NCBI RefSeq assembly: GCF_009914755.1
Contig: NC_060928.1
Direction: 5' to 3' (one strand)
DNA length: 64,000 nt
Origin: the human T2T-CHM13v2.0 reference genome, Homo sapiens
Shown here: positions 14,723-29,002 of the stretch, in pieces
How the letters are laid out: the number at the start of each line of letters is the position of its first letter
Position numbering within the stretch: position 1 is the stretch's first letter
Notes under the pieces: generated by a model
Databases searched by the model: none
Told to the model about the DNA's origin: nothing
Seen by the model: only the letters and a program-made list of their open reading frames with translations
Translations under genes and position numbers: made by a program

Positions 14723-16362
14723 TGGTAAAATACTGTAACATAACGATTCTCATCTTAATCATTTATGTTACAGTAGTATTCAGTATATTCACATTGTTGT
14801 GCAGCCAGTCTCTGGAGCTCTTTTCATTTGGAGAAGCTAAAACTCTTAGTCTACTCAGGTTGCTATCACAAGATACCACAGACTGGATAGCTTAGACAAC
14901 AGACGTTTATTTTTCACAGTTCTGGGGACTGGGAAATGCAAGATCAAGGGGCTTGAAGCTTCTGTTCCTGGTCCTGGTGAGCTCCTGCCTCCTGGTTTGC
15001 AGCTGGCTACCATTTTGCTGTGTCCTCACATGACTGGGGGAGAGAGAGAGAGAGTGAGAGAGAGCGGGCATGCACAGGTGTGAGCAAGTGTATGTGCAAG
15101 CAATACCTGGTTTCTCTTCCACTTCTTATAAGGACACTAATTCTGTGATAGGGTCCTTACTCTCATGATGACATCTAAACCAAATTGCTTCCCAAAGGCC
15201 CCACCTCTAAATACTGTAACACGGGAAGTAGGGAGGCTTCAACATATGAATTTTGAAGAGACACAAACATTCAGTCCATAACATTCTTTATATCTATTAA
15301 ACAACTACTTCCTATTTTCCCTCTCCTAGCTCCTGGCAACAACCATTCTACTTTCTGTCTCTATGAATTTGACTCTATATAGCTCATTTAAGTAGAAGCA
15401 TACAATCTTTAATGTTTTTGCTACTAGCTTATTTCACTTGGCCTAATATCCTTAAAGTTTATCCATGTTGTAGTATGTGTCAGAATTTTCTTCCTTTTTA
15501 AGGCTGAATAATATTCTGTTGTAGTGTAGACCACATTTCATTTATCTTTTCATCCATTGATGGACACTGATGATCCATTGGGTTGGTTCCACCTTTTGGC
15601 TATTGTGAATAATGCTGCTGTGAACATGGGCATACAAATAGGTCTTTGAGACACAGCTTTCAAGTCTTAATTTTTGAGAAACTGCCATACTATTTCCATA
15701 GCTGCCACACTATTTTACATTTCCTCCAACAGTGCACAAAGGCTCCAGTTTCTCCACATTCTTACCAACACTTGTTATTTTGTGTTTTTGATAGTACCCA
15801 TTCATGTGAGGTAGTATCTCATTGTGGTTTTGATTTGCATTTACCTAGTTATTAGTGACTTTCGTGAGCATATTGGCAGTTCTTATATCTTCCTAAGAGA
15901 AATGTCCACTTTTTAACTGGGTTGTTCATATGTTGTTGTTGAGTTGTAGAAGATTTTTATATATTCTCAATATTAACCCTTCATCAAATGTATGACTTAC
16001 ATATTTTCTTCCATCCCTTAGGTTGCCTTTTCACTGTGTTGATTGCATCCTTTGCATAGAAGTTTTTAATTTTAAAGTAGTCCAGTTTATCTTTTTTTTT
16101 TTTCCTGTTGTTACCTGTGCTTTTGGTGTTATATCCAAGAAATCACTGTCAAGTGCAATGTCATGAAGCTTTGCCTTTGTGTTTTCTTCTAAGAGTTTTA
16201 TAGTTTTAGCTCTTATGTTTAGGTCTTTAATCCACTTTGAGGTAATTTTTCCATTATGGTATAAGATAAGTCTCCAACTTCCTTCTTTTACAGGTGGATA
16301 TCCAGTTTTTCCAATACCATTTGTTGGAAAGACTCTCTTTTCCCTTTTGAATGGTCTTGGCA
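14723..16362 (-). mobile_element. Old L1 (L1MA/L1MB) 3' end, interrupted by an MLT1 LTR
   Basis: Antisense ORF2 remnants (SKWIKDLNIRAKTIKLLEEN) and 3'UTR ctggcaacaaccattctactttctgtctctatgaatttg. Confidence 0.8.
14846..15282 (-). mobile_element. MLT1A-like MaLR solo LTR
   Basis: ttagtct...ataccacagactggatagcttagacaacag...tcacagttctgg; ends aaacattcagtccataaca. Confidence 0.75.
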
Positions 16363-16999
16363 TACTTACTCTACATACAATGCCAGAGCAAAAGCGTTTT
16401 AGTGTGGAAATGAGGGAATGGCCTAAGTTAAGGCAGAATCTTGGAGACATACTAAGTAAGTTAGACATGGAGGCATTTCCAGGAACAGAATGGTGAAACT
16501 TAGAGGAGGAGCTTAGACCAGCTTCCTGAGCTAGAAAGAAGATACCTGCAATGTTTTGTTTATTTTTTAAAGATATCAAAGATAGATAAAGAGGTAAGTG
16601 TTAAAAGCATGGACAAAGATGAAAGACAGTCACTCCCTCCCACCCCTGGAAATGTAACATATAGTGAGGAAGATGGCGTGCATAATTATAATACAAGGAA
16701 AAATAAGTATTATGGAAGTTCAGAAGAGGAAGCAATTATTTCTGCTGAGATTACCAATGGAATCTTCCTGAATGTATCCATCAGATCCATCAAATTTTTC
16801 AGCTGAAAGCAACAGACATCAACCATGATTAATTTACACAGGAAATAAAGTTATTAAGAGGATGTTTGCTAGCTCATAGACTCTCTGGAAAGATAGGAGA
16901 ATCAGTTAGAAGAGACACAACCAAGAACAGTATTTAAAATTTCACCTCAGAATTTATCCTGGCACCATTGTCACCAAGCTTAGCATATATACACACTTA

Positions 17000-19677
17000 G
17001 TTTTTTATTTTCAATTTTTAATTTTTGTGGGTACATAATAGGTATATATGTTTATTGGATACATGAGATATTTATTATTATTTCAGTAGTTTTAGGGGAA
17101 CAGGTGGTTTTTGCTTGCATAGAAAAGTTCTTTAGTGGTGATTTCTGAGATTTTGGTGCACCTATTACCTGAGCAGTGTACACTGTACCCGGTGTGTAGT
17201 CTTTTATCCCTCACCCCTTCCCACCCATCCCACAGAGTCCCCAAAGTCCATTATATCATTCTTCTGCCTTTGCATCCTTGTAGCTTAGTTCCTGCTTATA
17301 AGTGGGAAATACAATGTTTGGTTGTCCATTCCTGAATTATTTCACTTAGAATAACCGCCTCCAGCTCCATCCAGATTACTGTGAATGCCATTGTTTCATT
17401 TTTTTATGGCTTAGTAGTATTCCATGTTTATATATATATATATATATGCTCCATGTTTTCTTTGGTTGATGGGCATTTGGGCTGGTTTTATATTTTTGCA
17501 ACTGTGAATTGTGCTGCTATAAACAGGTGTGTACATGTGGCTTTTTCATATAATAACTTTTTTTTTCCTCTGGGTAGATACACAGGAGCGGTATTGCTGG
17601 ATCAAATGGTAGTTCTACTTTTAGTTCTATAAGGAATTTCCATAGTGTCTTCTATAGCGGTTGTACTAGTTTACATTCTCACCAGCAGTATACTAGTTGT
17701 TCCCTTTTCACCACATCCATGCCAACATCTCTTATTTTTAAATTTTTTAATCATGATCATTTTTGCAGGAGTAAGGTTGTATCTCATTGTGGTTTTAATT
17801 TGCATTTCCCTGGTAATTAGTGATGTTGAACATTTTTTTCATATGTTTGTTGGCTATTTGTTTATCTTCTTTTGAGAATTGTCTATTCATGCCCTTTGCC
17901 CACTTTTCAATGGGATTATTTGTTTTTTTCTTGCTGATTCGAGTTTCATGTAGATTCTGGATGTTAGTCCTTTGTCAGATGCATAGTTTATGAATATTTT
18001 CTCCCACACTGTGGGATATCTGTTTACTCTACTGATTATTTCTTTTGCTTTGCAGAAGCTTTTTAGTTTAATTAGGTCCCATGTATTTATCTTTGTTTTT
18101 GTTGCATTTGCTTTTGGATTCTTGGTCATGAACTCTTTGCCTAAGCCAATGTCTAGGAGAGTTTTTCCAATGTTATATTCTAGAATTTTTATGGTTTCAG
18201 GTCTTAGATTTAAGTTTTTGATCCATCTCGAGTTGATTTTTGTGTACGATGAGAGGTGAGGATCCAGCTTCATTCTTCTACATGTGGTTTGCCAATTATC
18301 TCAGCACCATTTGTTGCATAGGGTGTTCTTTCCCCCACTTTATGCTTTTATTTGCTTTGTTGAAGATCAGTTGGCTTTAAATATTTGGCTTTATTTCTGG
18401 GTTCTCTATTCTGTTCCATTGGTCTATGTGCCTGTTTTTATATCAGTACTACACTGTTTTGGTAACTGTAGCTTTGCAGTATAGTTTGAAGTCAGGTAAT
18501 GTGATCCCTCCAGATTTGTTCTTTTTTCTTAGCCTTGCTTTGTCTATACAGACTCTTTTGTGGTTCCATATGAATTTTAGGATTGTTTTTTCTAGTTCTG
18601 TGAAGAACGATGATGATATTTGGATGGGAATTACATTGAATTTGTAGATTGCTTTTGGCAATATGGTCATTTTCACAATATTGATTCTAGCCATTCACCA
18701 GCATGGTATGTATTTCCATTTGTCTGTGTCATCTATGATTTTTTCAGCAGAGTTTTGTGGTTTTCCTTGTAGAGATCTTACACCTCCCAGTTTAGGTATA
18801 TTCCTAAGTATTTTATTTTATTTTTTACAGCTATCATAAAAGGAGTTGAGTTCTTGATTTGATTCTCAGCTTGGTCATTGTTGGTGTATAGTAGTGCTAC
18901 TAATTTGTGTTCATTGATTTTGGGGATATATGAGATATTTTGATATAGACATACAATGTGTAATAATCGTATCAGGGCAAATGGGGTATCCATCACCTCA
19001 AGCATTTATCCTTAGTTTTACTCTTTTCATTATTTTAAAATGTATAATTAAATTATTATTGACTGTAGTCACCGTGTTGTGCTATTTTAAATTAATTTCT
19101 CTCTAACTGTTTTTTTGGTACTCATTAACCATCTTCACTCTTCCTACCCCCAAAACCCTTCCTAGTCTCTGGTAACAAACATCCTATACCCTTTTTGTCC
19201 ACGAAGTTCATCGTTTTAGTTTTTAGCTTTCACAAATATGTGAGAACATGCAAAGTTTGTCTTTCTGTGGCTGGCTTATTTCACTTAACATAATGATCTC
19301 CAGTTCCATCTACGTTGTTGTAAATGACAGGATCTCATTCTTTTTCATGGCTGAATAGTATTCTACTGTGTGTATGTACCATATTTTCTTTATCCATTCA
19401 TTTGTTGATGGACAATTAGGTTTCTTCCAAATCTTGGCTATCATGGCTGTAATAAACATGGGCGTGCAGATATCTCTTCAATATACAATTTCCTTTTTTT
19501 TTTTTTTTTTGATATTTACCTAGTAGTGAGATTGTTGGATTTTATGGTAGCTCTAGTTTTAGTTTTTTGAGGAATATCTGAACTGTTTTCTGTAGTGGTT
19601 GTAGTAATTTACATTCCCACCAACAGTGTACGAGGGTTCCCTTTTCTCTACATCCTTGTCGGCATTTGTTATTGCCT
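17000..19677 (-). mobile_element. L1MA2/3-like 3' end (outer element), interrupted at 17074-18923
   Basis: tttttgtgggtacataataggtatatat...gagatattt, resuming tgatatagacatacaatg...gggtatccatcacctcaagcatt. Confidence 0.75.
17074..18923 (-). mobile_element. L1PB-like LINE-1 3' fragment nested in the L1MA
   Basis: L1PB-type 3'UTR (aagttctttagtggtgatttctgagattttggtgcacc). ORF2 remnants [18 protein letters not shown] and [18 protein letters not shown] ggatacatgagatattt / ggatatatgagatattt. Confidence 0.85.
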
Positions 19678-20659
19678 TAGACACCCCAGTTTTGCTGCCC
19701 ACGTTGTCAACCCTAGATCTGGATGCTGCCACTAAAACTGGTGCTGCTGTTGCCTTTCGAAAATCAATGTAGCTGCTGCTACTCCCACCACCAACAGTTA
19801 GCATGAATGACCTGAGGTTTTTTCTTGTTAGTTTCCTGTAAAGTCTGGGACGGGTACATATGATTTGGAGAATTTCAGTCCTGTACTCATGTCCTAGCTA
19901 CAGAAGCTATGAAAGTGAGTATCTGACTTTTTCAGCTTCCGTGTTAGTGGAGTGCTACCTCCCAGCATTAGAAAATGCCCAACAAATAGGATGGGGGCAG
20001 GGCTTAAAGCTAAGTGGTTGCAAAGAATGGCTATATCCATGGAGCTGGGGGAGGTATTTGAACAGCTGTAGGAGAAATAGCAATATTTAGATTTGCATTG
20101 CCAGAGAGAAATATAAGGTGGTCATTCAGGAAAGTATTTTCCCTGGTAGATGAAATGATGTAAACCGAAGCCCTGATATTACTAGGGAACATGTTTGAGA
20201 AAAGAGGTTATTGGAAAGAATCATTATCACCTATACTTGTGTGAATGGAAAAGGAAAAGCACATGGATAGATAGTCCCTCATCATGAAAACCAAAGGATG
20301 AGCTTCTAGCAGATGACTAGTACGTTGTATTTGTTCAGTATTCTTTTAAATGAGTGAGGCTCTCAAGAAGGGAAGTACTCTTAAGAAAGGAAGCCCAGAG
20401 TTATGTAAGGATGAAAAGGATAAAGACTAAGAAAAGTACATTTGTTGACCTTTGGAAGAAGAAATTCATAAATATGGTAGGTAGAGAAACCAGAGGGCAA
20501 GCCAGGATTTGGAAGAAAAAAGTAATTGGTATGAGAATAATTGATGACATGAGGGGTCATATACTTTAGAAAGAGAGAGATAGGGCTTTACAAAGGAGAG
20601 AGTTTGAAAAAAGACTTCTTGAATACGTATTACATAGTCGCTGTTTCAAGTATTGGGGG

Positions 20660-21110
20660 AACGTAAGTGGACAAAGTGGAAAAAGAGCTATGCCCTGAGG
20701 GTTTTGTACTCAAGTGGGGCTGAGGGGGAGACAGTTAACAATAAACATAGTAAGCAAATTATGTAGTAGTTAGAAGGTGTTAAGTGCTATGGAGAAAAAA
20801 AGATAAAGCAGTGTAAGGAGGATTGAGAGTTTGGGAATGGGGTGGTTGTAGTAGTAAATAGAGTACTAGGGTACCTTTCAATGAGAAGGCAAGAATTGAG
20901 CCAAGATTTGAAGGAGTCAATGGAGGGACCTTTTAGATATTGAAGAGAAGAGCATTTTAGGCAGAAGAATCAGGAGACACAAAGCTCTGAGCTGGATCAT
21001 GCCTTGTATGTTTGAGGAACAGGATGAAGAAGGGGGAGAAAAAGAGCCCAGTGAGGTAGCAATTGGAAGCCAGATCTTGTGGAGCATTGCCAGCTATTGA
21101 AAGGATTTTG
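20660..21110. mobile_element. L2-like fragment
   Basis: Purine-rich L2-type text (taagtgctatggagaaaaa...gagcattttaggcagaag...tgtttgaggaac). Confidence 0.6.
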
Positions 21111-22444
21111 CAAGGACATCATAAGCATCCGGTCTAGGATTGGCAACTCTCTTATATTTTCTGTAGCCCAGCCTGAGTTTCGTCTAAAGCTTCTCACACA
21201 ATTCAGAAAGACATCAAGCTTTATTTCCATAGGCTATTTCTATTTGTACTCCCAGAAAGTGATCATCTAAAAACCAACACAAAGAGATAATGTTATGCAA
21301 CCAATGTAGAGTGAGGCCAAATCCTCTATTGAAAAGGCAGAGGAAAAATTATGATGAATAATTTATGGTTCTTTTGCCTAACTTCATAAATATTTTTGGT
21401 TCAATTTGTCAATTTCTGATTATACACATACCATTTTAATAAAAAATTAAAAATACGTTTAAAGAAAATGTTTCTAAAATAGCAGTTACTCCTTTTGAAT
21501 GTCCTTGCTTCTCTTTTTTTCTTCACACATCCTTTGTTAGAGGTGCTAATGAGATGTAGTGAGGACTCTGAAGTGCTTCCACTGTAAACTTTTGGGAGAC
21601 CTCAGAGAGGAAATTATGGTGACAATTTAAATCACATTGGTGGTCTTAATGGATCTTAAATCATCTGGCTAAATACAGGCTTTACTCATTTTGGTTAAGG
21701 TTGAATTTGAATGTTTCATTTGGCATAAACCTTAGGATAACTCACTGCTTGACTAAATTTTTCACTTTTCAGCTGGGTGTTTGGCGGTACAGACATAACC
21801 ACATAAGAGTTCTGACTAACCGTAATAAGATGTGTAGAACAAGGTGATCGGATAAAGGAATGTCTCTGTAACTAAGGCTCTTATATTGACAAGAATAGTA
21901 ATAGAATTTTATATTTTTCCATTTTTATTAGTAGAGAATTGTCTTTGTGTCAGATGCGTCACTGGTTTTATCTGATATCGTGATCACTAAAGTTCGTCCT
22001 CTTTACCTCCATAACTTGAGTTTCTTACTTCTCTTATTTCGTGCACATTAAATATCTTATGCTTTTGCTGTAATGCTCTAGACAAGGCAGAGAATGTAGT
22101 ATCTCCATCTTAAAGTTTAGGTTTCACTAAAGCTAAAGTCTGGTGTCTCTGTGCTGTGAAATTTTCTGATTAAATGAAGTTTGTACATGGGGTTCATTTT
22201 ACTTCTTCTTTTTTTTTTTTTTTTTACACAATCTACTTGTTTAAGCATCCAAACCAATCCCCAGTGTTCTGAAAGTTTTCCATGTGTAGAATCTGTTATG
22301 TTAGAAAGGCTTTAATGAGATTACGAAGAGCTGCTATTTCTCATAAAAAACAAATAAAGGCAGTAAGCAGGTGTGCCATGTTTCTAAGAGCAGGTAAGGG
22401 AAGATACGGAAATATGTGTGTGAGAGAGATGAAAAGGTTTAGCA

Positions 22445-22661
22445 CAACCTTGTTGTCCAGCCCACAGCCTGTGCACCACATGCAGCCCATGCTTGGCCAT
22501 GAGGCTCAACACAAATTTGTAAACTTTCTTAAAACATTATGAGATTTTTTTTGCAATTTTTTTTAGCTCATCAGTGTAGTGTGTAGTGTAGTGTATTTTC
22601 TATTTGGCCCAAGACAGTTCCCCCAGTATGGCCCTGGAAAACCAAAAGATTGGACACCCCT
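22445..22661. mobile_element. MER30-like hAT-Charlie element
   Basis: caacacaaatttgtaaactttcttaaaacattatgag...ccaaaagattggacacccctg. Confidence 0.8.
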
Positions 22662-23889
22662 GGTAGCATGTCATGACTCTGAACCAAAAATCATGGCATC
22701 ATTGTTTCTTTTATTTGAAAATACTTTTATATGCACATAGATTTAAAATGCCACCTTAAATAAAAATTAACTTCCTGAAACCTTTATATTTCCTCTAGCA
22801 TTAATTTTTGAAGGTTAGTAACAGCTAAGTCTACTACTAAATGTGTAGATCCATAGGACTGATATTTCGTAGCACTGTTGAGGTTTCTATGGAAAAACTG
22901 GTATGTGGTATACAAGAACAAAATTTTTCTCTACTATTAGTATCTTCTCTTCTAAGACACTTTTTTCATATGTAATTCTTATATTTAGATATTTTCCAAA
23001 TAGTTGAAAACAGATTTTCTAGTAGCTATTTTCATATGGTGTATGGAGAAACAGCTTAAGCAAACATTCTTTAAGGGTTTAGATAAGAGTGATACTTTAA
23101 ATCCTTTTGTGTTAAGTATAGTTGGTGTTGATATTATTACATCTATTTAAAATTTCATTTTCAATTGACTTATTTTATATCAGTTCAAGTTGGATTTACA
23201 TAAATTTTATGCACAATTGACTTTAGGATGAAATAAGAGTTATAGCAATCCTTTTTAAGAAATTGGTTTTGATAGGAAACTGTTCAGCTTTTTATAAATG
23301 GCAAGTGGGTAATAGAGATTTTGATTTTCTGCTTAGGGATGCTTTAGCACTAATTTGGTAAAGAAGAAAATGTCCTTAGAATCTCTTTCAAATAGAGCTT
23401 CTGGCAAGTCAGGTTATTAGCTCAATGGTTCATGGTTTTTATAGTGTATAACTTTAACTTGTGGACTCCAGGAGTCGAAGTGTGAATAATTACAATGTCA
23501 GTGTGTATCTGTTGTTATCTAAAAATCAAACACAAACCCTTTATAAGTAGTTCCTTACAAGCGGGACAAATGAAATCTTCTAGAAAGTTCTCTTGGTGTG
23601 AAGAAAACAGCTTGTTTTGTTAAAACAAACTCAGACTCTTCCAGTGAGTGAAGGACTACATTACGTGGCTCTGGTAACTTTATTCATCCACTCGTGTGCC
23701 TTCTAAGCCTGCAGTGCTGCCTCGCTGTACCTCCTAAAGTACAGGCCTATGCAAGGAAGAAAAAACCCTTTCCTCAATTCCTTGGCACCTCACTCTCCTT
23801 AGTTGATTAGAAAGGTCTTTGAGAAAGTTATTAAGAATGTATATAAAATACTGCTTTATGTTAATGACAATATATGTATTTGATGTACA

Positions 23890-24134
23890 TTGGCACGATC
23901 ATGGCTCCCTGCAGCCTTAACCTCCTGGGCCCAAGTGATCCTCCCACCTCAGCCTCCTGAGTAAATAGGAATACAGTCGTGCACCACCACACCTGGCTAA
24001 TTTTTTTTTGTTTTTAGTAGCGATAAGGTCTTCCTATGTTGCCCAGGTTGGTCTTGAACTTCCGGGCTCAAGCGATCCTCCTACTTCGGCCTCCCAAAGT
24101 GCTGGAATTACAGGTGTGAGCCACCACGCGTGGT
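23890..24134 (-). mobile_element. AluJ, lacking its 3' end
   Basis: tggcacgatcatggctc...caggtgtgagccaccacgcg; no tail. Confidence 0.8.
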
Positions 24135-24597
24135 CTATAATTTTTTTTTATAATAAACACTTTACACGCTTTAGAGGAGAGTTCCACCCGCCATGGGTTG
24201 GAAACTCCTGACCTCTGAAGGCACTGCTGTTGCATGACACAGTGCTTATTGTTACCTCCTCTGAATCTACAGATTTGGAATTTAGAATATCTGACCCTCC
24301 TTTTTTGCTCCAGCCCTCAGACTTTCTGGTAGTCATGTTTGCTGAGTGAATCTTACCAGCCTCCCAGATTCTTGGAGTCCTCCATCCACTGAATGGACTT
24401 TTTTTTTTTTTTGGCCCCAGATATTTCTTCTAGAACAAAAATATCTGGGTCCCTACCTAGTGAAGTATTGGTGTCTGATCCAATGAATTCTTAACCAGTT
24501 CTCAGGGCTTTTATCTTAGGCATACACAGTATTCTTATCTAAATTGGGAATGATATTTCCTCCCGCACAGGGTGGCAGTGAGGATTAAATGAAATAA

Positions 24598-25414
24598 TCA
24601 GAGTGAGCATCCCTAATCCAAAATCTGAAATACTCCAAAATCCAAAACTTTTTTTTTTTTTGAGACGGAGTCTTGCTCTGTCGCCCAGGCTGTAGTGCAG
24701 TGGTGCGATCTCAATTCACTGCAAGCTCCACCTCCCGGAGCTTCATGCCATTCTACTGCCTCAGCCTCCTGAGTAGCTGGGACCATAGGCGCCAGCCACC
24801 ACGCCCGGCTAATTTTTTATATTTTTAGTAGAGACGGGGTTTCACTCTGTTAGCCAGGATGGTCTCGATCTCCTGACCTCGTGATCCACCCGCCTCGGCC
24901 TCCCAAAGTGCTGGGATTACAGGCGTGAGCCACCATGCCCAGCCAATCCAAAACTTTTTGAGTACCCACCTAATACGGTAAGTGGAAAATTCTACACCTG
25001 ACACATTTTTATTGTATTAACGGTATGTCATAATTTTTACTGTTAGGTACCTACGTGTGAATAAGTGGGAGAAAATGATTGCTTATTGATAATGTACAAA
25101 TTGAGAGTCAGAGATAATGGTGATGCCAAACAAACAGATTGTAAGAGTCGCTGACACAGTGACACCTTTGTTCTCTTATGGCTTGATGTATACAAACTTC
25201 ATTTCATGCAAAAAAAAATTTAAAATATTGTATAAAATTACCTTCAGACTATGTCTATAAGGTGCATGTGAAACATAAATGAATTTCATGTTTACCCTTG
25301 GGTCCCATCCCCAAGATATCTTATGTTTATGTAAAAATTCCAAAATGCAAAAATCTTTGAAATCCAAAGCAGTTCTGGCCCCAAGCATTTTAAATAAGGG
25401 ATGCTTAAACCTGT
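24598..25414. mobile_element. Tigger4/MER46-like DNA transposon fossil, split by an AluY
   Basis: TIR-like ends cagagtgagcatccctaatcc ... aagggatgcttaaacctg(ta). Confidence 0.8.
24649..24944 (-). mobile_element. AluY
   Basis: cactgcaagctcc, gccattct, ttagccaggatggtctcgatctcctgacctcgtgatc. TSD aatccaaaacttttt. Confidence 0.9.
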
Positions 25415-25682
25415 ATGTTAAGTACACACGTAGTGCCTCACAAACAGTAAAAGATGGCCAAATAGTATGTATCATGATCATTATCATTGTTGTCATCATG
25501 ATCCTAGCTGTCATCATTCTATGTTCTATCTGGAAATAACTACACTCGCCTTGCCTGAGTTTCTTGCTTTCCATCTCCTGCCAAGACATCTTCCTCTCAT
25601 TCTGGTTCAGTTTCTTGCCTGAGATAGTCATATTTTCCAGGTGATGGTTTACTCTGTAATGATTAACATAAAGAATTACCTC

Positions 25683-26003
<321 letters not shown>

Positions 26004-28869
26004 ATTACCTCACAGTTTATCTATCACCTAGTTCCCTGTTACTAGGGTGCAAGTCTGACCTCATGGTCTTTTAGTAGCATACCGCTAAAACCAAATAATA
26101 AACTAAAGATCCATGCAAGAATCATGCATATATAGAGGCAATCTGGAGGGTTTGTTGCTGTTGTTTTAATTAGCAAATTTACTAAGTTAATTTTCTTTGG
26201 TAGTTTAATCATGTAAGTTACCTTGAATTCTCTTCCTACTCTTTTAATGTTCATTGCCTTGTTGTCTCATGAATTGTTTTGTAAACCTTTGTGTCTAATC
26301 TTCTTATTTTGTGCACAGGCCATGCATATAATTATTATATTCATAACATGACATTAGCTTTTAAAAAGAATTTTGTGATCTCTAGGTAAATGATATTGTA
26401 GTAGATTTAAGGTATCATTCTATCATCAAATTCCATGAAGCATCTTTGTCTGATGGATTTGATTGTGCTGATGCTGAAATGATGCCCTCCAAGTATGGAG
26501 TGTTGCAATATTTTAAGAGAACACAGTTTGGGGCTTATTTTTTCTTTTTCGAAAGCTACCTCAAATTCCTGGAATGAGCTGTGGGGAGGGGCAACAATAA
26601 AACACAAACATTAGAAGCCTGTATCAGAAGATATCATCATATCTACACTATAATATTGGAGCTCTTGCTAGTAATGACAGTATTTGTATTAGGTGAAAAA
26701 TGGTTTGTGTTGTTGACTTGTCTTCAGTTTATTTAGCTATGCTCAATTTTGTAACAAATGTATGTCCTCTATTTTATAAATGACTTAAAATATGTTTTGA
26801 GTATGATTGTTATAAAAGAAAATTTATATTTTTGGTTTTTGAAATATATACTTAATAAAATGTCTTCAGGAAAGAAAATAGGAATCTGCTAAAGCCATTG
26901 AGACCTGGTTTATAACAAAAGTTTTGAAATTTTAAAGCTGGAATGAAATCTGGTTGTCTCTTTATATTTGTATGCGAATTGTTTTTGTTGCCAGTGGTAA
27001 CTATAGAGAATTTTTTGAAACAGCACCCTTTTAATAACAATGGTCTCCCCAAATATATTGTGGCATAGCTTTAAACTTTATTAAGTCTGTCTTGGACTCC
27101 CCCTTCCTCTCCCTGAGTAAATGGAAGAAAAGTTTGGCAGGCTCCATGCTGTGCACTTGATTGATGCCCAGAACATCTGAAGGACTTTTGTGTCCTGCCT
27201 GCTCTCCATGAGTGCATAATGTGTGAATACTTAAAGAAGGTCAGCCCTTATCACATGTAATCTAGGCCTGAAAGCAGATCAACAGTGACAGTCATATCCC
27301 GTAAGTAAGAACACAAATCCTCCTCTACATGCTTTAGACAAGTTGTGGGATATTTTTTCTCTCTTTTTACCCCTTCCCACTCATGGAGGACCTTGGCAGA
27401 GCAATGAAAGCAGAGAGAAGACGTGCTCAGAATAATGTGTCGCTCGTTCAAGGGAGAAAGGGATTGTTTATTTGTAATAATGTGATGGTCTTTCACTCTG
27501 CAGCTGAAGGGAGCTTTGGGTTGTTAATGACTAGTGATGTGGAATGCTGCAAATTAGAACGGGGTGGGGAGGCAGGAGGCAGCCTGAAAGAGGGCTGAAG
27601 TTGTGGTCTTTATAAACTCCAAAGTCAGGAAAAAAGTTTTTGTACTGTGGGCTCTATTGTTAGTTTTTTTTTCTCATAGTGGAGTAGTTTTTTATGATAG
27701 TATGTAAGTGTTTAGTTAAAAGCCAGAATAATAAAACCAAATACCAGTGCAGTTCTGAGGGCACTTTTGTTTTTGGTACAACATGTATGAAAGTTTGAAA
27801 AACATTTTAGTGCAAAGCTCTTGGTAGGACCTAAAAGGCTGTGGCTTCCAATTGGAAGAAGGCAATAACTGTTGTTATTAATGTGCCTGTGTGTTGGAAC
27901 AGAAGTTTAATTAAAAAGTAAATTTTATTCCAAACAGTATTAGCAGGGATGTTTACATGGTAAAGAAAATAACACTCACCTTATTGTTCTCATTAAGAAT
28001 AACAAATATATTATTATGTTTTCTTAGATACAAAGGAAAATATTTTTCATCTTATCTCCAAAACTTTATTAGTTTCCCTTGAAATATAATGAGCTGCAAG
28101 AAGTAGTAGCTGTCAGTTTGCACAATGGAAAGTAACCTGTGCTTACCTCCAGAAATGAAGACATTGCTTCCCATGTGTGTAGGATAAAATCAAAACTTCT
28201 AATTATGGGCTACAAGGCTCTTCCTAACCTCCCCAGTCTACTTTTCCAGCCTAATTCCCCTGCTCTCTAGGCATATCGAGCTTCTCGTGTTCTCTGCAAG
28301 CACTACTTTTTTTCTTACTCATAAATGTACTGTACTGCCTGTTCTCTTTGCTTAGGATTCCTTTGCCTTCCCTTCACCCAGTGAATTCCTACTTATCTTT
28401 GAAGACCCAGTTCAAATGCCTCCCCCACGCAAGTCCAACCCTCACCCTCAGGCAGAATTAATCTTTGTTTATTCACTGTTTTTTCCATGTTTCCTCAGCA
28501 TAGCAGGCAGTTACTGTACTGCATTGTCATTACTGGATTGTATGTTTGTCTTCACCCACTAGAGGATAAGCTTTGTCCTGAAGGCAAGTGCTGTCTCTTT
28601 TTAATGTTCTCACATCCATTCAGTAGACACGATCCCCCCAAATATAGCAAATAGTGAATGTTTTTTAGATAAAAACTGTATATAAACATAAGATCAGGAG
28701 ATTTGGGGAGTTTCTGTGTGAAAATGAATCACAAATTGAAATTGGTAGCAAGGTAGTCTCAATTTAAAATTCTTCAGTATACTTCTACTTCAAATGCATG
28801 AATATTTAATGAATTAAATGAAAATGAATTGATTTGAATAAATATTTAGTTTTTCAGGTATAATTTGAC

Positions 28870-29002
28870 TTTTTTTTTGAGGTGAGGTCTTGCTGTATTG
28901 CCCAGGCTAGTCTCGAACCCCTGGGCTCAATCAAGCAGCCCTCTTGCCTCACCCTCCCTAATAACTGGGACTATAGCCAAGTACAAACCACTGTGTCCGG
29001 CT
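28870..29002 (-). mobile_element. FLAM-like Alu monomer
   Basis: Single left-arm-type monomer with T-run. Confidence 0.7.
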
